Of a stretch of 64,000 nucleotides of DNA, positions 24,472 through 64,000 are shown in pieces (the first letter of the stretch is position 1; each line of letters opens with the position of its first letter). Position numbers and translations under genes: made by a program. This DNA is from a bacterium (GTDB lineage: Bacteria > UBA8248): positions 160,001-224,000 of the forward strand of contig CBDBZY010000041.1 in the NCBI GenBank assembly GCA_965213685.1, given 5' to 3'. The notes beneath the pieces were generated by a model that was not told where the DNA came from, did not search any database, and saw only the letters and a list, made by a program, of their open reading frames with translations.

Positions 24472-25356
24472 ATGGCAGAGAGAAGTGACTTTAGACTTGT
24501 CCGTTTAGCACCTACTGCACTGGTAGGTTTGCTGAAGAAATTGGAGTCGGGGCTGCCAAGGACGAGTGGATTACGTTCCTCTGCCAAGAACGTACTAGAA
24601 GGTCGTGTGGAAGGGACGTTTTACACTGACGGATGGCCGGAATTCACGACGGTTGTCTTTGAAATACTTCAACCCAGATTCTCCGATATTTGCGACCTTT
24701 ACTGTTACACTACCTCCAAACCACACCTGGTTCGTCTCCTCGAGCAAGCCCACTTGGTGACAGTGGGTCGCTGGCAATTCCTTCAAATTATTGAGGACGA
24801 TGATAGAACTATGACGGACTATTTGATCCAAAATCTCCAACCTGATGGAGATGCCAGGTTGAGCCCTGGTGACTACTCAGTATATGAATGTGGGATGTAC
24901 GCCTTGCTGGGGCAGCTCCCAACTACCAGTGCCAAGTGTCCTGTGGGGTACAGACTTGGAGAGCTGGTAGCTGAACACAGCACACTCGTGTCATCTCAAG
25001 CAGAAATGTGGACTGCTTCTATTGGACGGCCTGTTAGTGTAGTCGAGGAATATCATAAACAGTGTATCCAGAGGCTTGACAGTGCTGCTGTTTTCCTTGA
25101 TTCTGATTTTTCTACACCAGTGGCTTGGCAAATGCAGCATGGAATCAGCGGAGAGTTGGGAAACCTCTTTACCATTGAGGAACATCGAAGGAAAGGGTTA
25201 GCTACTGCTGTCAAAAGAGCAGTATGTCAAAAAATTCTTGCTCGAGGTGACATTCCAATTTCTTCAGTTCATGATGACTCGCCGAGTGTGAACTTGCAAC
25301 GCAAGCTAGGTTTTCAGCAGGTTTGCAGAGTAACAGAAGTATACTTATACTGTTGA
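24472..25356 (+). CDS. GNAT-family (glycine N-acyltransferase/FR47-like) acyltransferase, intronless, 294 aa
   Basis: C-terminal GNAT motif A (GELGNLFTIEEHRRKGLATAV) and ...SVNLQRKLGF; N-terminal YTDGWPEFTTVV and upstream PVAW resemble GLYAT-like proteins. Confidence 0.8.
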   Translation: MAERSDFRLVRLAPTALVGLLKKLESGLPRTSGLRSSAKNVLEGRVEGTFYTDGWPEFTTVVFEILQPRFSDICDLYCYTTSKPHLVRLLEQAHLVTVGRWQFLQIIEDDDRTMTDYLIQNLQPDGDARLSPGDYSVYECGMYALLGQLPTTSAKCPVGYRLGELVAEHSTLVSSQAEMWTASIGRPVSVVEEYHKQCIQRLDSAAVFLDSDFSTPVAWQMQHGISGELGNLFTIEEHRRKGLATAVKRAVCQKILARGDIPISSVHDDSPSVNLQRKLGFQQVCRVTEVYLYC

Positions 25357-26553
25357 GTTTAATAATTATGTTTTTCTGTCACCATGCAGAATTCGAATTT
25401 TTATACTAAGGTCTGCTCAACGATAGTGGGTCTACATAATTATTATAGTTCAAGAATAGTAATATCCTGCATTTTCGGACCTTAGCTCACGTTTTGCAAA
25501 TGTTCTGTGCCTAAAGTCCTTCAAAACTGTGTTGTTGTCACTGCCATGTGACTGTCACATGATGAAACGTTGGATTATTCCCCGATGATAGTATAGTGTG
25601 TCTCTCTAGCAAGTACATAAAATTCTCAGCAAATTCAAAAGTGGGGCTATATATACCTCTCTTCATGTGAAACACTGCATGTATATGCCTGAAAATGCTG
25701 TTTCTAGTCTCTCTACACATGCATGCAAAATGATTGCTGGACACACTAACTTATATATGTGTGTTGGACTAGTTATGGCTTCATGTAGCCTCATGTCCAG
25801 GTTGCAAGCAGGCCTGGAAAGGTTCTAGCTAGCTTCACAAGGGAACATTGCGGAGCCATGCCTTCTCGTGTACGAGGGGGCATGCATGGCTATTGGTCTG
25901 TCCATCAGTAACTGTTCAGCGTCTTCACTGCAGAAATAGAATTATTGCGAGTTGCACCTTTGTAAACTTCCCCCCATGTACTATACAATCACAATTCTGT
26001 TTTACTACACAATTTCTTGTCATGTGGCCCACAGCACAGCCCAGAATATAATTATATATAGCTGTAATGAAAATAATGTTATTAATTTTGTAGCATATGA
26101 AAGTGCAGTTTACATAGCCTTACAACTTATGTGAAAAGGTCTTCGTTGAAGTAACAATGTCAAATGTTTTGCTGTGCATTGTTGGAAAAAGCCTTGGCTG
26201 TTCAAAGTGGAAAGCTTGGGTGATAAAAATGTATACTTATGCAAATATAAATTGGTGTCTTTTGGGTAGTCTCATTATCCACTGAGAGAGGTTCCAATCC
26301 TTCAAGGGACCACAATGGCTCTGAAGTACATGTATGGTATATCCCTTATAATGCCCATAAGCATGTATTTATGCATGGTTTTCAACAGTTTATACTGCTG
26401 GCCACAAATATCCGATTGCGGTGATCTAGTAGTATGTGGTGACTAAAGGGGTGTGCATGTATAGCGCAGCGCTAGTGTACCCTGCACCCAAGCGCTAATA
26501 AGAGCCCGTCGGTGTAAAGTGCTGAGTCAGCACTTTTTTCGAACTTTGTTGAG

Positions 26554-27154
26554 TAGTCTCGCGTAGCCAGACTCTCTCCGCAAAAGCGAGAGAGAGTCTA
26601 GTCAACTGCCCATATAAGACTTGTTCTTCACACCCCCCGAAAAACGGGGGGGTGATAAGTGGGTGCTGGCCACAATGTTTTCATAGCGACATTGTAGCAA
26701 GAAATGTCAATATGGCTTGTCTATGCTTATCCTTCAGTTCCTTTGTGACTGCAGCTGCTGATATTGCATCTTCAAGCTCTATTTTCTCTGTCATGCCTGC
26801 TGCCTTGGATGCAATAATACTGCCTGCACCTCTAAAAACTGAGTCGCACTGGTCAAATGCTACTAGTAGTGATCTAACACCTAGAGGAATGATCTACAGG
26901 ATATGAGTTAAGCACTGTATGAATACAAGGGTGGTGAATAAACGTGAAGCTAAAGGATATTACTGCACACTTGTAGTACATAGAGCAAATGTGCAACAGC
27001 GCGTGTCTTGCTAGAAAATGTCGCTATGAAAACATTGTGGCCAGCACCTACTTAACACCCCCGTTTTTCGGAGGGTGTGAAGAACAAGTCTAATATGGGC
27101 AGTTGACCAGACTCTTTCTCGCTTTTGCGGAGAGAGTCTGGCTACGCGAGACTA
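26554..27154. mobile_element. Non-autonomous Mutator-like (MULE) element, 9-bp TSD
   Basis: ~135-bp TIRs starting TAGTCTCGCGTAGCCAGACTCTCTCCGC; TSD TTTGTTGAG (26545-26553; 27155-27163). Confidence 0.85.
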
Positions 27155-27628
27155 TTTGTTGAGCGTTTCTGCTTTAGTCTGGGGGCAAGGAAGTTGATTT
27201 TTGTTCTGAAAGCTTACAAGCACTCGCTATGCCTGTGGAAGCAACGAGAGTTTTCTGGGACAAAGCAATTCATAATTAGGCCCTGTTCAAGCACTAAGCG
27301 CTCAATGTACATAGTCTCGTAAGCCAGCTGCAGCCGTATTTTTCCCACGAGCGAACGGAAAAATGCTACCAATCTGCTTTGTCCCATAAAAATACCATCC
27401 AAGGTCACTTCAAAATGTTACCGCATGCGCTAAAGTTACCTAATTTGCATTACGGTCAATAAAGGGATACACTGCACTCATAGAGCTTATATACCACAGA
27501 ATCTACGCCTTCATCATTATTACCGCTATCTTTGTGTGCACTGTACAATACAAGTACAAAGTGCAGAAAAAAGTGAAGTGCTACAGTTTATTTCACTTTT
27601 GAGTGACTAACTATGAAGCATGTAATGA

Positions 27629-41988
<14,360 letters not shown>

Positions 41989-42403
41989 TCTCACAGGCCT
42001 TCCCCAGTATATCAAAATTACTTTCGAATAAAAAAAACAAAAGGGAAATTCCCTTCTGAGCTGTTTGATGATGTCACGAGTTTGAGTGAGTACACGCGGC
42101 GCGCGCATCTAGTACTCACGTGGGCGTGTAGAACGAGTACATTTTGCGTGGTGCCAGACCAGCACGTCATGATCGATTTATGGAGTGAATGCGCCGTGTC
42201 TCATGACGTAGTACAAAACCAAAGTTGCTTGTTTTGCACATAGACACTAGCGTTAGTGCAGGAAGCAAAAGACTAAACGTACTCGCACGAGAACCAGCAA
42301 ATCTGATCGCTGGAGTAGCGCATTGGGTCAAAAGAACAAGAAATACAAGCAACTGAAGGGTCTGCGTGAGAACTGCTCTGTTATAAGTCGTCGTATTGAG
42401 CCA
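41989..42403. promoter_or_regulatory. Probable bidirectional promoter between MED25 and the bMERB gene
   Basis: ~415-bp CpG-rich spacer between divergent ATGs; CACGTG at 42117-42122 and a TGACGT motif at ~42205. Confidence 0.5.
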
Positions 42404-45852
<3,449 letters not shown>

Positions 45853-45898
45853 GGTACGATGACAAATATGTTCTGCATACCATAACACTCAATTCACA

Positions 45899-46180
45899 GC
45901 TCCTCTTCCTCCTCCTCCTCCTCCTCCTCCTCCTCCTCCTCCTCCTTCTCCTCCTCCTCCTCCTCTTCCTCTTTCTCCTCCTCCTCCTCTTCCTCCTCCT
46001 CCTCCTCCTCCTCCTCCTCCTCCTCCTCCTCCTCCTCCTCCTCTTCCTCCTCCTCCTCCTCTTCCTGCTACTCCTCCTCCTCTTCCTCCTCCTCTTCCTC
46101 CTCCTCCTCCTCCTCCTCCTCCTCCTTCCCTTCTTCTTCCTTCTGCTTCTCCTTCTCCTCATCTTCTTTCTTCTCTTCCA
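45899..46180. repeat. (CCT)n/(CTT)n trinucleotide tract
   Basis: Direct sequence inspection. Confidence 0.9.
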
Positions 46181-47528
46181 CTCCGCAAACCTCTTCACCC
46201 CCACAGACCGTGAGACTGATCTGGTTGGTCCAAGTTGCAGTGGTTTTTAAAGAGGGAGAGATATATGTAACAAAAAGCATACCAACAATATAATTATTCT
46301 TTTGTCCTTGTACTTTTGGGGTTACTTCAATCAACTGCTAGGTGCTATGATGTAGTTGTCAAGTATACGTAAACATTGTTGCTTGTTTTTACTGCATTTC
46401 ACTGACATTTCACTTTATTACATTTTCATGGTGATAATTATTATGACGTGCTCAGCCCTATAATTATAATTATACAATTATACATGTACATGCAGTCTGT
46501 CATTCAAGGTATCAGTTCATATTTCTTGTCCTCAATCTCAATGCACTACTGTATCATTTTATAGTAGCTAGCATCATTCATTTATGCATACTATCATACT
46601 CCTAACGATTTCCTCAGAACACTTTACCTTTTACCAATGTGCTGCATTGTTTTGCCATCACAAAACAAGTGTATGACCAAGAGGAGGTGCAAGACTGGCC
46701 AGGGTCCTCACCAAACATCCTGCATGAGGCTACTGCCACTGAAGCAGAAAGTACTAACTCCATGCCGTGGTGAAAATAGAACTTGTTCTCAGGTCCCTCT
46801 TATGTGGAGTTGTCCTGCTTCAAGGCTGCTTGGGACCTGGGGAACAATAGCACAGTGGTAGAGCTGCGCAGGCTGAGCATACTAGCTCATAAGCCCCTGA
46901 ACAATAGTCATTATGAGTCCACTATCATTCAATACTTATATCCATCAACCGCTATAGATTAATGTTCTATAATATAATATTTACCCCCCTCTACCACTAT
47001 CTCCCCCTGTACAACAAAAGCCTACACAATATCCTGGACAATAAATTGTATCCAACATTCCCTCTACGTTGACATAATCAACTGATCTCTCCCCCCCCCC
47101 CCGGACGTGCTATCGCTATATTTGTACACCACGAACAGGCAAAGTTGTTGATTGCCATCCCGAGCGAGAAAGGTAGTTGCATTATCGCACGGCGTGATAA
47201 ATAGTCCCACAACGCATTAGCACGGGTAAGGGTATTTAATCGCAGTTGAGTGGCCTTAAGTCTACACACTAATATAGGCAGTGTAGTATCTGATGCCTCA
47301 CAGCGCGTCAATCAATGCGGTTATACTTCACTGTTTAACTCTTGCTCGTTTACGCGTAAAATCGCCCTTTCTCGCCAAGCATGATTAATACAACCGCATA
47401 CAAAGTGTGCTATAAGGCTATTATCTGTGTTGATTTCACCATTATATGGCGATATATGGGTCACGCAGAGTATGGCATAAAATAGGGATTATTGTCGTTG
47501 TGTACAAAGGGAAAATTTTATGCCAATG

Positions 47529-48443
47529 CAAGCCCGTAGGCAGCAAACGGAGTGAGTGGGTGCTTTTTTTGATTAAGTGGACCTTATGAAATAAGGCTAA
47601 CTTACTCATTCAGAGAATGTTACAATTACATGAAGTATATAGTGTGTCATATATACACTTTTCAAAGGTGGTGTACACTTTACAAATATTTTTACAATCA
47701 ACTGTTAGGTATCAGGGGCGACTCCTGAACAAAAGTTGAGTAGTTTCTAAGGGCTAAGTATTTGCTGCAGACAAAACACTGCAGCACTTAGGGAGGTAGT
47801 CTCGCGAGCCATACGTATTTTCAAAACGTAGGCGACGCGCGCGAGACTACTTAGGGGGGTCTGAGGGCATGGAACATTTTTAAAATCGACCTCCAGAGAT
47901 TGAATCTGAGCCATATGTTGAGCAGTTGTACAAACAAAATCAAAATTAATGTCACCTTGAATTCTCACCGCTAATAATCAATGCGCACGCGTAGTGCTAC
48001 GCTCGGCGGTAAAAATAAATGGCGGGCAAAGTTTGACCAGTTTCTATAACCCCCAGAAACCCCCCAGGAGCCGCCATTGAGTATCGTACACACAGACGTA
48101 TAATGCTACTTATATATGCAAAGACTCTAATTCAAGCATCGTTGGTTCACGTACTCACGCAGTACAGTAAGCATGTGGGTAGTCTCGTGAACCAGACCGT
48201 ATTCCGTGAACGCGCATGCGCGAGCGAAAGGGGGAGGGGAGGAAGGGATATACTTTCGCTCGCGCATGAGCGTTCACCGAATACGGTCTGGTTCACGAGA
48301 CTAGCATGTGGGCAAACATGCGCATTTCTTTGAAAGTAGGCGTGACACGCTCACTCCGCACTCGTCAAATGCTCAAGGTGGACCTCTGTGCAAACGGGGC
48401 GGGTGCGTACGCACCCTACGCACCCCCCCTGCCTACGGGCTTG
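47529..48443. mobile_element. Non-autonomous element with 5-bp TSD inserted in the left TIR; contains further insertions (47713-48079, 47797-47849, 48180-48303)
   Basis: TIR CAAGCCCGTAGGCAG...CTGCCTACGGGCTTG; TSD CAATG. Confidence 0.75.
48180..48303. mobile_element. 124-bp hairpin MULE-type MITE
   Basis: TAGTCTCGTGAACCAGACCG...CGGTCTGGTTCACGAGACTA; 9-bp TSD GCATGTGGG. Confidence 0.85.
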
Positions 48444-50667
48444 CAATGTTGCCTTTGTGCATAAAGGCAAAATTTTATGCCAAACCTGCCTTTGTGTTAC
48501 TCAAGGCAAACTTTTATGCCTATTACTTTTGCACAAAATGCCCCTGTGAAAGTCCAGCTGCGTGCGCTGTGTATATGACAGTTACACTAAGGCGAAATTT
48601 TATGCTCATTGCTTTAATGAACGGAAACATCCTCCTAATTGCCTTAATGACAGGGTCATACCCTCATCTGTCAGCACCACATATGGAAGACGTTCGCACA
48701 AAGTTTCGCCTTATATACACTTCCTCTTCTCTACGGTAAACTTTTATGCCAAATGCACCACTGAATGGCCATGCCTCAAATAACTAATCTATCACGGTCT
48801 TTGCTCTACTCAATGATCACGCCCCAAATAATAAGCATAGTCTTACCCTACAGGTCTTTGCGTTGTTTATACTAGTCGAGGATTCTCAGTAAATATACGT
48901 ATAGCAAATGGAGGTTCACGTTGTGTTTGAACTTGGTCCTATAGAGGTTATACTTGGTTTGTAGTTTGCCAGTGTGTGCCAAAAGCATTGAGCTTCCTCC
49001 ACCACAGCCACAATGTTAGAAACATTCAGACAGGTACCTTATCAGTTAATGGCCTGTCTGGAAGTCTCTATATCCCCCACTGTACATGGTGACACATCAA
49101 TGTTTGAATCTTTCTAAGAAACTGTGCAGACACATGCCTTTTGCTGTTCACTACATAGCTAAGTGCAAGTAACACTTGTGTATTTGCATGTTTTTGATCA
49201 CTTGAGAAATAGAGGAATGCTTAAATCAAAATATGTAACAAAAATCAAATCACGTATGCAGCTATATAATGATCATGATCATAACAGTAATTGCTGTCCT
49301 TCCTGAAATAATTTGTAGAAGACGCTTGACATGATAAACTACCAGTTAGAGCAGGTGTACATCTTCATCGGGAAATGTTTTCTCACCATCAATGTCCAAT
49401 TGTGCAATCAACTTATCTGCTTTTTTGTGATATTCTATTAGTTTTCCCTTGTACCATATGTCATCGTCATACTTTACTTCCACCTCTTGACCAACTATAA
49501 TTATTTTTTGATGGTTACAGAAGTGCCTACGCTTATCTGGTTGTTCAAATTTTGAGTCTTCATCAATAAAAGTACTGTGTAGACGCTGCTGTTTTCATGA
49601 TGCTGTAGCTTTATGCCACATTTCATCTGTTTGGCTTCTGTAGGTCAAACTGACATTGCTTTTAGAGTAATACTGTCTTTGCTTGCTTGATTAACTCGGT
49701 CCACCCCGTTTGTATCCCTAGGAGCACCAGACCAATCATTTAACTGCAAAAACTTTGGACTCAAAAATGGGGTAAATGCATCCATCAATCACACCAATGA
49801 TTGGCTTGTTTCCATGCAGCTGTTAGGGTTTCTTTGCACATTAAGGCTTCTTCAGAAAGGTTAGGAATGATGCATTTGATATCATGTAATGACATTTCAC
49901 TTTTCTGTGCACTGAATATTTTCATAATGTGCGATTTGCATTCTGCTGATGGTATTGCTCGTGCAATTGTACAGAATGAGTCTCTGCTGATTACACGAAT
50001 TTCAGCAGGCACAGATGAACTGACGCTATATATCTGCAACATGTTGGTAAGATCTGCCGTGATGTACAGGGTAGCCTATCATAAGATTGTCAGCTGTTGT
50101 TTTTACTTTTACTTACTGCGAGCTCCAATCCTTTTCTTTTTGTATCACTTCAGTGTAAAACAATTCCTTTCATAATTATATCTTTCTTGCACTGGTCCAA
50201 TATTTGCTTGAATGCTTCTGTATAAAAATTGTGCATTCTGTTTATTTGATCGAACACGGGCTACAGCCATCCAACGCATTAGTTTATAATCAAATACAGT
50301 AACACCTAATTAATAGGTAGAGCAAATCAGAGTTTTCATTATACGTGTCCACTTCAATATACTCTGAATTAACAAGAATGCGACTCATAAAAGTGGTGTC
50401 ATAATCAACTGATAACCCACCTCTACCCTTCCCGCTGCTGTGGTGAAGTTTAGTTTAAGTGGTAAACGTGGTCTTTAAGCGCATCGGTATCGCCTCTGGA
50501 GCATACGTGAGGGTTCGGGCATGAGATCTCGGGGTACCGCCTCCACGCCTTGCACAATTGCGCAGTAAATTGAGGCGTGGCCATTCAGTGGTGTATTTGG
50601 CGTAAAAGTTTACCGCAGAGAAGAGGAGTATATTATAAGGCGATATTTTGTGCGAACGTCTTCCATA

Positions 50668-51158
50668 TAGAGATGCGTCGATTATGCCGGCATAATTTCC
50701 GGCATATTAGGACCGCAAATGCATAGAGCATAATGCTGGCATAATAGGCACATCATTTCATTTATACGTGCGGCGCGCGCCGATTACCGCTACTTTCTAA
50801 TTAATGCGCAATAGCGACGAGTCACGAGTAACCTGGAGACGGTACCAAGACTGAAGTAGCGGGTTAGAGATCGAGGAAGTAAAACCCACACCTAGTATGG
50901 GAGCCGTTTCTGTCAAAATTCACCTTATAAAAGAAAGCCTAGTATACATCCTGGACATTAGTAAATATCTACCGCGACTCTCAAGTAGCGCGCGTTGCCT
51001 GAGATGCGTAACGCCTAGATTCACCCAAAGGTTTCACATGGCATAATGGGAAAATTCTGGAGCATAATGGGAAAGTTTTAGAGCATAATAGGGCAAATTT
51101 TGTGGAATTGCCAAAAAGCATAATAGGCAATTTTTGAGGCATAATAGACGCATGCCTA
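50668..51158. mobile_element. hAT-type MITE, 8-bp TSD
   Basis: TAGAGATGCGTCGATTATGCC...GGCATAATAGACGCATGCCTA; TSD CTTCCATA; GCATAAT subterminal repeats. Confidence 0.85.
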
Positions 51159-52375
51159 CTTCCATATGTGGTGCTGACAGATGAGGGTATGCCCCTGTCA
51201 TTAAGGAAATTAGGGGATATTTCCGTTGATTAAAGCAATTGGCATAAAATATATACAGCGCACGCAGCTAGACTTTCACAGGGGCATTTTGTGCGAAAGT
51301 AATAGGCATAAAGGTTTGCCTTGAGTAACCCAAAGGCAGGTTTGGCATAAAATTTTGGCTTTGTGTACAAAGGCAACATTGGCATAAATTTTCCCTTTAT
51401 ACACAACGGATACCACTACATTTCACAGCAGACCTGTTTCCGGGGCTGCCGCTACTGGATCATCACCAAAGCAATAAGGGGAGAGTTCCCAGAAAACGTA
51501 AACGTTCTAGACCCAGCATTCAAAGTAGATTCGTTCCAATTAGGAGGCGCCACGAATTAATTAAAGAGCCATCTGGAATTTTACGTATTTAAGCGCCAGG
51601 GTGAAATGTTTTTCTGGGGCTGTATACGTAATTCGAACGTTAACGGTAACCTAACTTGCTAGATGGCGAGCTTTTAATACAATTTCCATGGTACGCTTCA
51701 CTTCATGAACGCATCTGTACATGTACATGTAACTATCACATGCTTCCCATTACTAATACTTTGTAAGGTAAACTTAGCTTTAAAAAAATTAACAATAAGA
51801 TTCAATGAACTTACTGAAGTGTATAAACCTGAGGTACTGAAACTTTAGGTACATGTAATTACAAGTTATTAATGCCATACACTTAGTGATGTAGAGTGCA
51901 CATGTCAGGGTATGTGTGTGTGGAGTATAAACTACTAGTGTGGTTGTCCAATGCCGGATAGATGCAGCTATATACTACTTGAGCAAGTCCACAATTGCTG
52001 TATGTCCACCAGCTCTGGCCACATCCATAGCTGTGCAGCCACCCTGCAGGGAGGTATGATTGAATAACAAAGTGTTAGCCTAGTGCCTGTAGGTATGTGC
52101 ATTGACCAACACGTAGGAGCTAGGCTAAACAAAGTGTCTGCCTGGCACACGCCATTGTGGCTGTAATGGTCTCTGCCCCTCACAACCACCATGCAGCCAG
52201 TGATGGACACACCACAACTCTCCACCTGCATCGCCACACTGCCTGAGCTACCCATCCCCCAGGGCAGCTGAGCAGCAGACTAGGCTACTACTGTGACTGA
52301 CTGAATACCACACACCGAGCACTGCGCACCATCACAAGACACTGAACAACACCCACTGTAGGACACACACTGTAC

Positions 52376-63777
<11,402 letters not shown>

Positions 63778-64000
63778 CTGGGATGATGCATGGAGAGGAG
63801 GGGGAGGGGAAGTGTGTGGACGCAGCTCACATCACTACATGCACACGATGAGACACCTTTCTGCTCAGCTCCTCCCACCACAGGTAGCTCACACATATCA
63901 TGCACAATCATGTTAGTCATGCACTATATGCAGCTGTGTCAGAGGTAGGACAGTGCACTAGCACACAGTATACATGTAAGAACACACCAGTCCCCATACC

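Larger units (their letters stand above)
47496..51408 (-). mobile_element. Decayed long-TIR DNA transposon (MULE-like) with a disrupted transposase and nested insertions
   Basis: TIR ~360 bp after removing insertions (47496-47528 + 48449-48779 vs 50570-50667 + 51167-51408); broken minus-strand coding ~50330-49345 with WKQANHWCD*WMH and WSGAPRDTNGVDRVN; TSD not identified. Confidence 0.7.

Noticed and set aside
10720-25356. Bacterial symbiont contig or operon (intronless GH7 and GNAT genes)
   Set aside because: The genes have TATA-like elements and long AT-rich spacers with animal-type MITEs, and are contiguous with spliced genes; GH7 is essentially a eukaryotic family

Overview
Eukaryotic (animal) genomic DNA with short GT-AG introns, abundant TACATG/(CA)n/(GA)n repeats and dense transposon nesting. 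Gene content and repeat style suggest a demosponge or similar early-branching marine invertebrate, but this is inference. Host genes: a death-fold gene (-), a tandem cluster of two intact intronless GH7-like glycoside hydrolases plus a pseudogene (+), an intronless GNAT acyltransferase (+), MED25 (-, ~14 kb), a bMERB-domain gene (+) head-to-head with MED25, and an ankyrin-repeat gene built from duplicated one-repeat exons (-). Mobile DNA: two nested P-superfamily elements (7-bp TSDs), an intact intronic hAT/BED transposase, a decayed long-TIR element with a Tudor-like tail, Penelope relics carrying minimal hammerhead ribozyme motifs, tRNA-derived repeats and many MITEs. Top finding: the inner 5.5-kb P element (18014-23506) has perfect TIRs and appears to encode its transposase as two convergent genes, an 8-exon catalytic subunit that stops just after the catalytic glutamate and a separate 2-exon gene resembling the missing P/THAP9 C-terminal domain. 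All homology calls come from motif recognition, not database searches.
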